DNA of 64,000 bases from Octopus vulgaris (GCA_951406725.2 OX597840.1:15252001-15316000), one strand, 5' to 3'; positions 13,487 to 27,095 are shown, counted from the stretch's first letter. The notes: a model not told the origin generated them from the sequence alone. A program made the numbers and translations.

Positions 13487-14032
13487 CAGGGTATGGACAG
13501 TATTCATTCATATAATGACTATTTCAGGAAAAAATAAAAGTGTTTTTTATTTTTTGAGATATATTCATTAAATTTGGGTCCATTTGTCTTCAGGAGAAGT
13601 TCAATCAATCTCATTTGGTGAACCCACCTTTGGCCTCGGTGAAAGCCTCCAGCTGAGCTTGGAGCCGGTCACAGGCTTTCATCACTATCTCCCATTTTAG
13701 ACCCCTGAAGGCCCTAGTAATCCTTACCCTCAGCTTGTCCTTTTAGTTGCAGCTGGATTTGTTGGCCTCTCATTCTACCACACCCGACACAAAGAAGATG
13801 AGGTGTTGTAGTCACACATGTTGGGCACCAAATATCAGGTGCTGCGTGATCAAAGAAGTTCTCCAACAGCCAGGCCCAGGTCTTCTGGTTGGTATTGCAG
13901 GTTGTAAAGCCTTCTTACAGCTGCTCAGTTAAACCAGGACTTCACCTGCTCACTCAGGCCATAGATGTAGCCATTGGTGTCCAGTTTGAGGCTCTCAGGG
14001 AAGAAGTGGGGTGATGTGACATCACCTTCAAA
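13487..14032 (-). mobile_element. Tc1/mariner-superfamily (maT/DD37D-like) transposase remnant
   Basis: Minus frames: EGDVTSPHFFPESLKLDTNGYI...VKSWF and FFVSGVVE.EANK...KACDRLQAQLEAFTEAKGGF; TA|CAGGG terminus at 13487. Confidence 0.7.
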
Positions 14033-14202
14033 CATCTTATATGCTTATGGAAAGAGCTTCATTCAGTTACTAGCTACCAAATCCACTCACAAGGCTTTGG
14101 TCAGCCTGGGGCTATAATGCAAGAGACTTAGCCACCTTAGACTGAACCAGAAACCATGTGGTTGGAAAGCAAACTTCTTGAGTGCACAGTCATGCCTGCA
14201 CC

Positions 14203-14248
<46 letters not shown>

Positions 14249-14277
14249 TGCGTGATCAAGTAAAATTTATTTTCAGT

Positions 14278-14486
14278 TCTATAATGAAATTATATTGGAC
14301 CTACATCATCCGTCATCTTTTTCTATTCACTGATAACACAATGTCCTCTTACTCATAGACATTTGTGTGGACTAGTGACCTCTATGTTTAAATAACTAAA
14401 GAAGCTGAGGACTTCTATAATGAAATCATATTGGACCTTGCTACATCATCAGCCATCTTTTTCTATTCGCTGAGAACACAATGTCT
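14278..14486. repeat. local direct duplication (~70-bp block, ~135-bp period)
   Basis: TCTATAATGAAAT.ATATTGGACCT...CATCTTTTTCTATTC.CTGA.AACACAATGTC occurs twice. Confidence 0.75.
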
Positions 14487-14851
14487 GACTCATATTTTAA
14501 TCCTGATAAAGATATTTTTTTTAAATGTGCCTAAAATATAAATATCTTACATGACTTAAATATTTTAGTTTTAAGTAAGGTTGGGAATCCTCTAGACACT
14601 CATCTCTTCTCTACAGTGGCCCCTTGACAGTGGCCCTAAGCACAAAGCTTTCAGAGTAAGTGCAAGTACTCTATATGGTTCCTCGGTGTGTTAGAAATAG
14701 CAGCCAAATCTTAATTATATCCTCCAAAATGAAGCAATACACTGGCTGGTTTACTCTTAGATACATTTAGTCAGAGAAGTAGAAGAAAGGATACTGGAAT
14801 CTTTTTTCGCATTCATAGGTCTTATGTGTACCAGGGAAGACATTAAGTTAA

Positions 14852-15285
14852 ATATTCTTTTCTACTCTAGGTACAAGGTCCGAAATTTTGAGGGAGGGAG
14901 CCAGTTGATTAGAACGACCTCAGTATGCAACTGGTACTTAATTTATCGACTCCGAGAGGATGAAAGGCAAACTTGACCTTGGCAGAATTTGAACTCAGAA
15001 CATAAAGACAGACAACATACCGCTAAGCATTTCGTCTGGCGTGCTAATGTTTCTTGTTTCTTTACTGCCCACAAGGGGCTAAACAGAGGGGACAAACAAG
15101 GACAGACAAACGGATTAAGTTGATTATATCGACCCCAGTGCATAACTGGTACTTATTTAATCGACCCCGAAAGGATGAAAGGCAAAGCTGACCTCGATGG
15201 AATTTGAACTCAGAACATAGCGGCAGACGAAATACCACAAAGTATTTCGCCTGGCATGCTAACGTTTCTGCTAGCTTGCCACCTT
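14852..15285 (-). mobile_element. two nested SINE family B copies
   Basis: Reverse complement of GGCGAGCTGGCAGAA.CGTTAGC...TTCTGAGTTCAAATTC...GCCTTTCATCCTTTCGGGGTCGAT...AAGTACCAG; further copies near 11490-12030, 17050-17270, 30190-30450, 35650-35830, 37435-37655, 50545-50762, 63043-63220, 63697-63900. Confidence 0.8.
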
Positions 15286-16287
15286 CATTAAGTTAAATAT
15301 TGTCATCAACACCACTACCACCACGAACCCATCAATCACCATTACCACCACCACCACCACCGACAGTGACTGCCACCCCTCCACCCCTCACTTCCACCTT
15401 CACCGTTGATTATATTCACCACAAACAGTCACCAGTCTACCACCACCAACACCATCATGACCACCATCATCATCATTACCACTACCACTAACATCACCAC
15501 CATCACCCTTATCAAGAGTACTGCTATGTGTGATGATGGGGTGGGGAATACCCCAGGGAGAAAGAAATGGTAAGAAAACCGTAATATTTGAGAGAAAAAT
15601 AAACAATTAAAAAAAGATAACATGTAATGAGTGGAACTGAAGAGAGAGGAGTGTTTGTCATTTTTGGAATGTCAAACAAATGTCATGGCAACGAAACCAT
15701 GTGTTGGTTGGTGAAGGGGAGTGGCACAGTGGGGTGGTAGAGGGAGGAGCACAATAGAGAGGTAGAGGAGGGCACATTTGGGACTTAAAAGTGGAACAGT
15801 GGTCAGGGTGGAGTGAGTGGGATGAATAGAAAGATATGTGTGTGTGGCATAATTGGAGTGGAGAAACCAGGATGTTTAAGGTTCTGTGTTGTGTGTGTGT
15901 CCAGATGGTTGGGTGAGATGGTTGGGTGAGTGGATATGGTATTGAATAGCCTAAAGCAGATGTCTTATGTATTTGGGCCACTAAACTTACTACCCATTGC
16001 AAGGAAAATACAGCCGGAGAAGTTAATATAAAGTAGATTGTTACTTTATCCCAGTGAAGATATTATCTTGAGTCACAGCATCTCTAGGTCAGTGTATTTA
16101 TTTTTGCATCAGCTTAGTTGCTCTCATTATCAGTAAGTAGTTTAATGATGCATCAAGAGAGTTTAGTCTTAGGTTGACTTGCATTCCATCCCAGGAGAGA
16201 TACTTTCCTCCTCTTCTCACCCTAACATAGTACAGTTCATTCTAATACCCTCAGTTCACCACCCAACTGTCAAGCAGAATAGATACC

Positions 16288-16663
16288 CTCTTTTACTTGT
16301 TTCAGTAATTTGACTATGACCATGCTGGAGCACCTCCTTTAGTCAAGCAAATTGACCCCAGGACATATTCTTTGTAAGCCTAGTACTTATTCTATTGGTC
16401 TTTTTGCCGAACTGCTAAGTTACAGGGATGTAAACACACCAGCATTGGTTGTCAAGTGATGCTGGGGAGCACAAACACACACACACATATACATATATAT
16501 ATGACAGGTTTCTTTCAGTTTCCATCTACCAAATCCACTCACAAGGCTTTGGTTAGCCCGAGGCTATAGTAGAAAACATTTGCCCTAGATGCCACACAGT
16601 GGGACTGAACCCAGAACCATTGGGTGGTAAGCAAGCTACTTAGCACACAGTCACTCCTACGCC
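16288..16663 (-). mobile_element. SINE family A copy
   Basis: Reverse complement of the family A unit, full length. Confidence 0.85.
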
Positions 16664-18105
16664 TGATGCATTTTTGAAATTAATTCAAAGATGGGCTAGC
16701 TAGCTATCCCTGTGAATATATATCTCACCTGCCAATACACTTCATTCTACATTCCCTCATTTCACTAAACTGTCAGGAAAGAGACAGACACTTGGTATGT
16801 TGGTGGAATTTTCCTGAACCAGTTGACCCCTTGCTAAACGTGTTCAAAACATGTTACGTGTAAGGAAACCAAGAATACATTATTCACCAAGTTCTGTTTT
16901 CTAAGATGGTAGTTGGAGGGGAGGGGTAGTAATTTGAAGAGCATTTAGCTGCTATTTCTTGCAAGGTGAGCAACATTGTAAAGATTGCCAGAAACAGCAG
17001 CCAAACCACTCTTAAATCCCACTCAACCACCTTAAAAGATAAAACTGAATATTCTTTTCTACTCTAAGGTACAAGGCCCGAAATATTTGGGTAAGTGGGG
17101 GTCAGTCAATTAGATCAACCCCAGTATGCAACTGGTACTTAAGTTACTGACACCAAAAGGATAAAAAGCAAAGTCGACCTTGGCAGAATTTGAACTCAGA
17201 ATGTAAAGACAGATGAAATACCACAAAGCATTTCACCTGGCGTCCTAATGTTTCTGCCAGCTTGCTACCTTGATAAAACTGAATATTGTAACATATTAGA
17301 TGGTTCTAGATGTGATCTGTGAAGAAAGAAAATAGGAAGCAAGGTAAGGTAGGATGGCCATGGCTGGGATGCTTTTGATTGTTGGTCTGCTAGATTAGGA
17401 CTGATTGATGTTTAACAACTTGAACTTTGACAGGTCTCTTAACCCCTTGGAGTGTATCTAGGGTGAGAAAGCCTGGCAGAGCCCATTCCTCTCCAGGCTA
17501 AACTACTTTCTACAGCTGAGTGAAAGAAGTGTTTTGCTTAAGAACACAATGCATCACCCAGTCTAGAGATTGAAACCACAATCTTACAGTCAGGAATCCA
17601 ACACTCTAACCACTAAGCCACGTGCCTTCACTATTACCAGCTTGAACTACCATTACAATAACAGCTGCCAGGTTAAGCTGTTGAAATATCCAATGTCATC
17701 ACATGTGAGGTGGGGCAGGTGGGTGGGTTGTTATTAGGTATTGCTAAAGGATGTGTGTTTGTGTGAGTGTGTGTATATGTGCATGTGTGTATGCATGTGC
17801 ATATATACATGTATATATATATATATGTAAATGCATCTATATATGTATGTATATATATATTTATATATATATTATGTATATATATATTTATATATATATA
17901 TTATGTATATTTATATATATTATGTATATATATATATATATATAAACATATATGCGTGTGTATGTGTTTGAATATATATATACACACACACATATATCAT
18001 CGTCATCATGGAAAGCAGCTACTGAATGTTGATGATGATAATGATATATGTATGTATGAGCATGTCTTTGAATATTATATATTTGTACATGTGTATATGT
18101 GTATG

Positions 18106-18139
<34 letters not shown>

Positions 18140-18169
18140 TGTATGTATGTATGTATGTGTGTGTGTATG

Positions 18170-18204
<35 letters not shown>

Positions 18205-20154
18205 AACCATATGACACACACATGTATTCAAATTATATTGCATTGATATCAATCTTGATGTCAATGAAATAAAAAGTCTAGATGTATTGTAACATTTTTT
18301 TCTCAATTTGTACTCTGCATATGTGATATAGCATGCTTAGATCACATTTATATCGCAACTAGCATATCGAGCCTGCGATGGTGGCAGTGGTAGTGATGAC
18401 AGTGACAATCCTGGTAGTGACGGGAGTGGCAGTGGCGATGGATATATCTTACAGCATCACCGCAAATTGATACAGTCACACGGGAATATGTTGAGCTGTA
18501 TCATATACTTCAGGTTTTTCTCCATCAGATGAGCAGGAAGAAGAAGAAGAAGTGTGATATTTTTTTTATTTCATGTCAATACCCAGACGCATTAACAACC
18601 AACGAAATACATCAACGAAAGTCACGTGATACTTATAAAATGAAATTTCTAACATACATATTTTTGTTTTAAAATGCCATAATTTTTCATCATAATTATG
18701 GCCATCGTCATCATCATTATTATTATTATTATTATTGTCATCATCATCTTTATTATTATTTGCTACTATTATTATTATTTTTAGTTTCCTTTTAAATTAT
18801 ATATTTGTCTTTAATGTTTACTTATTTTCCTTGAATATCATTTAGTGCTGCAAGCCAATCATAAAATAAAAAGATATCAAAAACTAATATTAGATATAAT
18901 GTTAGTGATATCAAATATTTAATCAATATCACAATTTTCTTCACTTCTTCCCTGCAAATGAAAAGCGAATAAATAACAAAACAAAAAGAAATATAGAAAA
19001 TACAAAATTCAAATTTTCATTCGTCTTCATTAATTTTCGTTATCATGGTTCGCTTTTTTATTTGTTTCACATTTGTTTTTGTTGTAGTTTTTTTCTTCAA
19101 TTTCTCATTTATTTGTCTTTTGCTCTGAGGAATCGTTCGCAATTGTATATAACAGTTACTTTGCACTTATCTGGCAGTTAATATTACACATACATAATAA
19201 GCTACAATTTGAGGCAAGACAAAAAGGAAGAAAATAAAAAATAAAACATATTCTGTGCAGTGGTAGAAGAGGGGGAATAAACAGATGTTGTGTAACATAG
19301 CTGGTAACAATGCTGCCTGGCAAACGATACATTCATAGTTCAAGTCCAGTCAGTGGAGCCTGCTGTTGTTTTCTTTTTATTTTTCTATTTCTCAAGTCAG
19401 TGTTGAGACACCCTTTAGATTTAAAATACATTTCTCGCTGCATTGCATGTTCATTTGTCCTTTTGCATCTGTGATTTTATTCTTCATCTTCTATATAAAT
19501 GAAGAGATTTCCTTCGTTTTGTTGATTTTCTTTCTACGAAATGAAAAGATACATTGCGGAACTGTTATTGTAATGAGTTGTAGCTATTTACCACCAGATG
19601 GTCCTGAACCAGTTGCTAAGTGTCCCACCCGTGAGGGATCAATGTTAGATGTGTCGAAACAATTGTTGTGATTAATAATAAATTCTCATATATTCCATCT
19701 TCTGTCATATATATATATATATATCTCTTATTATAAAAGGCAGATTTTATCTGCCTCCCTTTGTCAGTTATAGAAATCTACAATATAGGATTTCTTCAAT
19801 TACAATTTACCTAGCATTTTTAAGAGTAGAATGCATTGGGTCGTGCCAGGTCCACTTTTTAAAATTTCAACCCCAATTAAGCAAAATTTAGAGAAAACTC
19901 ACATTGTGGTGTATGAGTCAAATGCTTCTCTTAGTGTGGGATACAGCACACGCAAACGCACACACACAGTGTGCAACGAATAAAGCGAAAGTAATTCACT
20001 TTCTGTAGTGAGTGACTCTTTCACTCTGCCTCCCACTTCCTCTTTACACACATAGACACGCAAATATATAAATAAAATTGTAAGCCTACGTGCGTGTGTG
20101 TGTGTGTGTGTGAGGGTGTGTGTGTGTGTGCGTGTGCATGAGTGTGTGACAGGA

Positions 20155-20662
20155 AAGTTTTTTAGGACGAATATAAGACCTATATCCAAGTGGCAGAAAG
20201 ATCGCCCAAAAGTGTATATAGATATTTAAATGTATTTATATATTCATCTATACACAGATGTATGTATAATGTGTGTGTATATATTTCCATAGAGGTAACC
20301 TTTCACTCCATACAAAGTTTTTTAGGACGAATATAACATCTAAAGTATATACAAGTAGCAGAAAGATCGCCCAAAAGTGTATATAGATATTTAAATGTAT
20401 TTATATATTCATCTATACACAGATGTATGTATAACGTGTGTGTATATATTTCTATAGACGTAACCATTCACTCCGCACAAAGTTTTTAGGACGAAAATAA
20501 GATCTAAAGTTATCTCTAAGAAACAGAAAGATCGCCCAAAAGTGTATATAGATATTTAAATGTATTTATATATTCATCTATACACACATGTATGTATAAT
20601 ATGCGTGTATATATTTCCATAGAGGTAACCATTCAATCCATACAAAGTTTTTTAGGACGAAA
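20155..20662. repeat. ~163-bp minisatellite, 3 units plus a partial, inside the Helitron
   Basis: AAAGTTTTTTAGGACGAA...GCAGAAAGATCGCCCAAAAGTGTATATAG recurs at ~20155, 20314, 20478, with the unit start again at ~20644. Confidence 0.9.
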
Positions 20663-20912
20663 ATATTTATATATAAAAGAAAGGTTTTGTGTCTGTCTAC
20701 TCCGATTTAGATTCCTAACTACTCCCACATTTTGCGATGCAGTTTAACCAAAACCGGGTATCTTATAGGCGTCATTCATATCGAGCCCTTCTGGGTATTA
20801 GCGCGCGTCTACGATGAGTCTATGATTTTACAAATAATTTACCATCATTTTTTTCCATTTTAATGCATATTTTTTTAAATAAAGGGAAGTAACTCTCAAA
20901 CTTCACACCAAT

Positions 20913-21434
20913 ATGCGTGCTCATATGCGACGTAATATCACATCAGCAGCATTTCCTCACACCCTCCTTGCACTTGGCGAAGGCAAAATACCAGGGGATG
21001 AAAATGGTAATATTGCCATCGATTCCATTTGTACCATTGTTAAGACGCCTTCTGATCTCAGAGATGCAGTGTTCCCAGATCTACAAGCTAATTATCAGAA
21101 TATGGATTGGATTGGCAAAAAGGCTATACTGGCCCCGAGGAATAAAACTGTTCACCATATTAATGATGAAATGCTAAAACTCATTCCTGGGGAAGTCTAT
21201 GTATATCAGTCTATCGATACAACTCCTGACCCAGAGGACGTCATCAACTATCCAATAGAGGTACTCAATTCCTTTGAGCACCCCGGACTACCACCACACT
21301 TTCTCAAACTTAAAGTTGGTGCCCCTATAATGCTCATCAGAAATTTGGTTCCCCCAAAACAATGCAATGGCACACGCTTGATCGTTAAGTCCTTATCTCC
21401 CACCGTAAACATATATCAATATTTGCCTGAATAA
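20913..21434 (+). pseudogene. Helitron RepHel PIF1-like helicase fragment
   Basis: AILAPRN..V..IN, SID, YP.E.LNS....GLPPH.LKLKVGAPIMLIRNL.....CNGTRLIVK are conserved Helitron helicase motifs; truncated at both ends. Confidence 0.9.
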
Positions 21435-21636
21435 TCATCATAATTCAGTGCAATCATTAACAGTACTTTCAAGCAATTCAGCCCCGAGCAACGCCGGGCA
21501 ATTCTGCTAGTATACAATAAAAGCAATTACGATTCAAGTCAATTCTAATGAATTCACTTGAATGCGGTACTTAACTTAGATGCACCAGAAAACTATATGG
21601 TGTTAACCATACAGTAATGTGGGGTGATTATAAACA

Positions 21637-21804
21637 AGAAAGAAGCAACAAGAATGGATTAGTTTTTAGTACAATTGTTTCATACAAAGACAGGCTTTAT
21701 TAAAAGTTGCAAATATCTGCTGCAATATTTGCAACTTTTAATAAAGCCTGTCTTTGTATGAAACAATTGCACTAAAAACTAATCCATTCTTGTTGCTTCT
21801 TTCT
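21637..21804. repeat. near-perfect 80-bp inverted repeat with 8-nt loop
   Basis: Arms 21637-21716 and 21725-21804 with one mismatch; loop CTGCTGCA. Confidence 0.95.
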
Positions 21805-21805
21805 C

Positions 21806-21847
<42 letters not shown>

Positions 21848-21953
21848 GTCTTGCGAGGGTCATTGTGCCTTGCAAACCAGATACAAAGACAAAATATATA
21901 TATATATTATATATATTTACACACACACACACACACATATATACATCTAAACG

Positions 21954-21989
<36 letters not shown>

Positions 21990-22311
21990 AAGGCACTTGG
22001 CTCAGTGGTTAGAGCATAGAGCTTGCAATCGTGAGGTTGTGAGTTCGATTCCCGGGCTGCATGTTGTGTTCTTGAGCAAGACACTTTATTTTACGTTGCT
22101 CCAGTTAACTCAGCTGTAGAAATGAGTTGCAATATCGCAGGTGCCAAGCTTTATCAGCCCCTTAGCCTTTCCCTTGGATAGCATCAGTGGTGTGGAGAGA
22201 GGAGGCTGGTATGCTGGTCTTCCACAAACAATCTTGCCCTGACTTGTGCCTCGAAGGGTAACTTTCTAGGTGCAATCCCATGGTCATTCATGACCGAAGG
22301 GGGTCTCCTCC

Positions 22312-22461
<150 letters not shown>

Positions 22462-22511
22462 GCATACATACATACATACATATACATATATATGAAGAAG
22501 TGCTGAATTCT

Positions 22512-22655
22512 TAAGGTGGATGGAACTCATGGAAGAGAGAGACCCAGAAAGACATGGGACAGAGTGCTGAATGCTGATCTCAAGATGCTGAGCTTTACAA
22601 AGGTGATGACAAAGGATCGAGATATCTGGCATGTTGCTGTAATCAAAAAGATCCA
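22512..22655 (+). pseudogene. RTE LINE extreme 3' fragment
   Basis: [23 protein letters not shown]...TKDRDIW; related piece at ~39525-39650 (LDGTHRRGRPRKTWDKVLKD). Confidence 0.7.
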
Positions 22656-22744
22656 TTCACTATGGCAGAATTGATATCCTAAACCACTTTTGGTTAGTAC
22701 TCCTCTCCCAGCTGAAAGAATCTTTGTCTTGAAAGTTATTCAGT

Positions 22745-23060
22745 GACTCTGCTGGTGCTGGTCCCACATAAAGAAACACTGATAATGGTGCCATGTAAAA
22801 AGCTCTGGTGCTTGTGCCACATAAAAAGCACTGGTACCTGGTGCCATGTAAAAAGCACTGGTGCTGGTGTCACATGAAAAGAGCTGGTGCTGGTTCCACG
22901 TAAAAAGCATGCAGCATACTCTGTAAAGTGGTTGGCACTAGAAAGGGCATCAAGCTGTAGAAACGAACCCAAAACAGACAATAAAGCCCCATGCAGCCCC
23001 TGGTCTTACCAGCTCCTGTCCAACTGAGAAACTCATTTTAGCATGGAAAATAACGATTAA
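22745..23060 (+). mobile_element. SINE family D copy with internal ~25-bp tandem array (GTGCCA(C/T)GTAAAAAGCACTG)
   Basis: Ends in the GTGGTTGGC.TTAG.AAGGGCATC.AGCTGTAGAAAC...GCATGGAAAA tail shared with 33218-33362, 33640-33930(-), 39770-39950, 46838-47000(-), 48520-48676, 50790-51000, 56235-56420. Confidence 0.7.
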
Positions 23061-23721
23061 ATAATAATAAATGATGGTGCCAGCTGCAGTGGTGGCGGCA
23101 ACGAAGTAGTAGTAGTAGTATTTTTGTGTGTTGATGTTTCACCATATTTGCCTGAGGCAATGTGAGGCAGAAAAGCAATGACGTCATCATGTTAGCATTC
23201 TCTAGAATAAGACATCCTGAAGCTCTGCACTTTCAGAGTCCTATGGTGACAGAAGGGCATCTGGCCATAGGATGAATAGGCATCTTCCTATCACATGCCA
23301 GCAGGGATAAAAAAAAGTTTAAAGAAAGCTGATTGACATCTTTTATCTTTTACTTGTTTCAGTCTGTGGCCATGCTGGGGCAATGCCTTCAAGAATTTTT
23401 AGTTGAATGTATCAACCTCAGTACTTAATTTTTTAAGTTTCGTACTTATTCTATTAGTCTCTTTTGCCAAACTGCTAAGTTACAGGGATGTAAACATACC
23501 AGCACTGGTTGTGAAGCAGTGGGGAGGAACAAACAAAGACACACACAGACACGTGCTATTGGTGATTTCTTTTCCTTTTTTTCCTTCTTTAGACTTTTCT
23601 CTTCTTTCCCGACAAAGAGCTAGGCTTGAAACATCAAACTCTCTCTTTTCACCAAGCATCAATCTAATATATTCCTTGTACATACCTTCTTGTTCACTAA
23701 TGTTATTTATTTGAATTGACT

Positions 23722-23752
<31 letters not shown>

Positions 23753-23759
23753 ATATATA

Positions 23760-23798
<39 letters not shown>

Positions 23799-23815
23799 CA
23801 TACATATACACACAT

Positions 23816-23867
<52 letters not shown>

Positions 23868-24314
23868 GATGGGCTTCTTCCAGCTTCCATCTACCAAATC
23901 TGCTCACAAGGCTTTGGTTGGTCCAAGGCTGTCATAGAAGACACTAGCCTGCCCAAGGTGCCATGCAGTTGGACTGAACCCAGAACCATGTGGTTGAGAA
24001 GCAAGCTTCTTACCACACAGCCACAGCTATGCCTATAAAGAGAATGAACAAATAACTATGAACTGGCTGAGTTGTTTGAGCATCCAGCATCAATGCTTTG
24101 TTGTTCAGGCTCTCAACAGTGTGAGTTCAAATCCTGCCACCAACGTCAATTTTGTCATTCATCCTTTCTCAAACCCTCAATAAAGGACCATTTCAGGATT
24201 AAGGATTGGCTGAATTGTTAGAGAATCTCAAAATGTCTCAACCACTTCCCCTTTCCAGTTTATGTTCATTAAAATCTTGTAGAATATTATTTGCTAAGAT
24301 CTATAGATCTAGAC

Positions 24315-24870
24315 CAGTGGTTCCCAAACTCTTTTCGTCTGGGCCGTATTTTTGAATAAAATTTGCTTGTACCTCTACAAATTTTATGTGATAAAATATA
24401 CATTCAAAGATAAAAAAAAACAATTAATAGTTCGTTAAACATAATATATAACACAAAAAAACTTATGATATGATTAAAGTACACAAATTTAATGCAAGAT
24501 ATAAACTTGTTTTTGTTGAGTAATCTCCTTTATATTAGGCCTAATTTGAGATAAACAAACTCTCACCTCCTCATCAACACAAAGCCTTTCCCTCAGTTTT
24601 GCCAGAACTGAAGATCCTTGTTCACTGCAATATGTCGTGGAGAACTGTAGAAGAATAAATAGTACTTTTGAAGAGACAGATGGATGTTGTTTCTGGTGGT
24701 ATATCTAAAAAGAGTCCAATCGTATTTTAAATTTTGAAGTCATATTCCTTTTTGGCATATGAATATTTTGAAACTTTCTAAATCTTTGATTGTCTTTCAA
24801 TTATTCCGCTTCACCTGCTATCCTCTTCTGCCACACCTATGAGGCATACTGTACTATTTGGGAACCACTG
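24315..24870. mobile_element. hAT (Charlie-like) non-autonomous DNA transposon
   Basis: TIRs CAGTGGTTCCCAAA / TTTGGGAACCACTG; 8-bp TSD ATCTAGAC (24307-24314) / AGCTAGAC (24871-24878), fitting the NTCTAGAN preference. Confidence 0.9.
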
Positions 24871-25139
24871 AGCTAGACTGTGGAGGAAATATTACCTTAC
24901 TTGGGAAAAATAAGGGGTTGGTGACAGGAAGAGTATCCATCTTTAGAAAATTTGTTTTGATAGATTCCATCCAATCCATGGAAGCATGGATGTTGAAACA
25001 ATGATGATGATGACAATTTTTTTGTATCAAAATATATATTTTTGGTATCACAAAATATGTTTTGACTTCAAAATGTTAATGATGATAATGTTGATGACGA
25101 TAAGATGCTGACGGTGATAATAATGGATGTATGTGTATA

Positions 25140-25184
<45 letters not shown>

Positions 25185-25661
25185 GCACACACACACGTTT
25201 GTATGTGTGCGTGCTTGTATGTATATATGAATATGAGCTTAACAGTGCAGCTAGCAGCCCCAAAATTGACACCAGTCATGTAAATTTCCTATAATTCTGA
25301 CAAAGTTGTGCCAGAGACATTTTGGCAATCTAAGTTTGTAAACTCTAAGATTATTATTTGTTTATTCTGGATGGAATCCAAGAGGTAGAGATGAGCAAGG
25401 TCTGGATCAAACTGTATCCAATGACAGGAGTAAATAAAGAAGAAAAAATTATGACCAAGGTTGCCTCCCAGGTGGCATTACTGTTCTCAAGTTCTACTGA
25501 CAGATCAATACTGTTGCCTTTCCTATATACACACACATACACAACATGTATGTGCCATGTGAGCATGGAACTATTAATAGCTCATAAAAATATATACTGC
25601 ATTCATTAAACTATATATACATACATATATATATGTGTGTGTGTGTATACATTCATATATA

Positions 25662-25726
<65 letters not shown>

Positions 25727-26955
25727 TTTTTACACATTTCAGTCATTTGACTGTGATCATGCTGGAGCACCATGTTTCATTAAAGAAATCGATCCCAGGA
25801 CTTATTCTTTGTAAGCCTAGTACTTATTTTATCAGTCTCTTTTGCCAAACTGCTAAGTTTCGGGAACATAAACACACCACCAGCGGTTGTCAAGCGATGC
25901 TGTAGGATGATAAACACAGACACACAGACATACACACACACACACACACACACAGACCTGGTTCAGAAGTATGTGGTTAAGAGGTTCACAGCACAACCAC
26001 ATGTGTTCATGTTCAGTTCCCCCTCTGGTGCCATCGTCTATATAATGATGGTGTTGACGATGACAACAACAACAACAACAATGATGATGATGATGATGAT
26101 GCGTGCGTGTTAACATTTGCACCAGTTTTTTTTCATCTTTCCCTTGCTTAGCGGTTTCAATTTGTCAAACAATTGAATGCTGCAGATGGATATGATAGAC
26201 TGAGTCCTGTCATGTGTACTCTAACATGAGCTTTGTACTCTAAGAGTTCAAGAAAAAAAATGTGTGTGTGTGTATGATTGTGTTTCAGTGTGTATTTGTG
26301 ATTCTCTGTGTGTTTGTGTTTATGATTGTGTGCGTGTATTCATGATTGTGTAAATTTGTGCTCATGTGTGTATGTCTATTCATGGTTGTGTATATGTGTG
26401 TATATGATTGTGTGTGTATCTACATATATATGTATATGCATCAATATATATGTGCTTGTGTGTGTATCTATATGTGTGTATGTATGTGATTATGTGTGTA
26501 TCTGTGTGTGTATGTATCTACATATATCTGCATGTGTATCTATATGTATATGCATGTGTATGTATCAATATGTGTGTATAAGTGATTGTGTGTATATATA
26601 AGTGTGTAAGTATGTGATTGTGTGTGTATATATGTGTATGCATTTATCTATAGATACGTGTGTATTTCTATCTGTGTATGTGATTACACGTGTATCTATG
26701 TATGTATGTGTGTGTGTGTATCAATAAATATGTGCGTGTATCTATGTGTGTGTGTGATTCTGTATGTATCTATATGTGTGTCTGTGTTTTTCTATAAATA
26801 TGTGTGTGCATCTATATGTGTGTGTATATCTATGTATTTGTGTGTATATATATGTGTGTGTGCATATATACATGCAATTAGTTGCTGTCTCCACAGACAC
26901 TCCATTAAACATCCACAAAATATTTCTTTCTACCAAAATAGTGAGATATGTGGTT

Positions 26956-27095
26956 TTGGTAGTAGTGTCTGCAGCGGCTGTGGTGGTGGTGGTGGTGGTG
27001 GTGGTAGTAGTGTCTGCAGCGGCTGTGGTGGTGGTGGTGGTGGTGGTGGTGGTAGTAGTGTCTGCAGCGGCTGTGGTGGTGGTGGTGGTGGTGGT
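26956..27095. repeat. 3 x (GTAGTAGTGTCTGCAGCGGCT + (GTG)n) minisatellite
   Basis: Direct inspection. Confidence 0.9.

Larger units (their letters stand above)
19724..21510 (+). mobile_element. non-autonomous Helitron carrying a PIF1-like helicase fragment and an internal minisatellite
   Basis: 5' A|TC at 19724; 3' hairpin CCCGAGCAACGCCGGG then CTAG|T at 21507-21510, i.e. insertion between A and T without TSD. Confidence 0.85.

Noticed and set aside
18468-18503. pre-miRNA hairpin TGATACAG...CTGTATCA
   Set aside because: Stem too short for a Drosha/Dicer substrate and no recognisable mature miRNA.
20155-20662. CRISPR-like array (also 22750-22910)
   Set aside because: Whole units repeat with no unique spacers; eukaryotic context; no cas genes.
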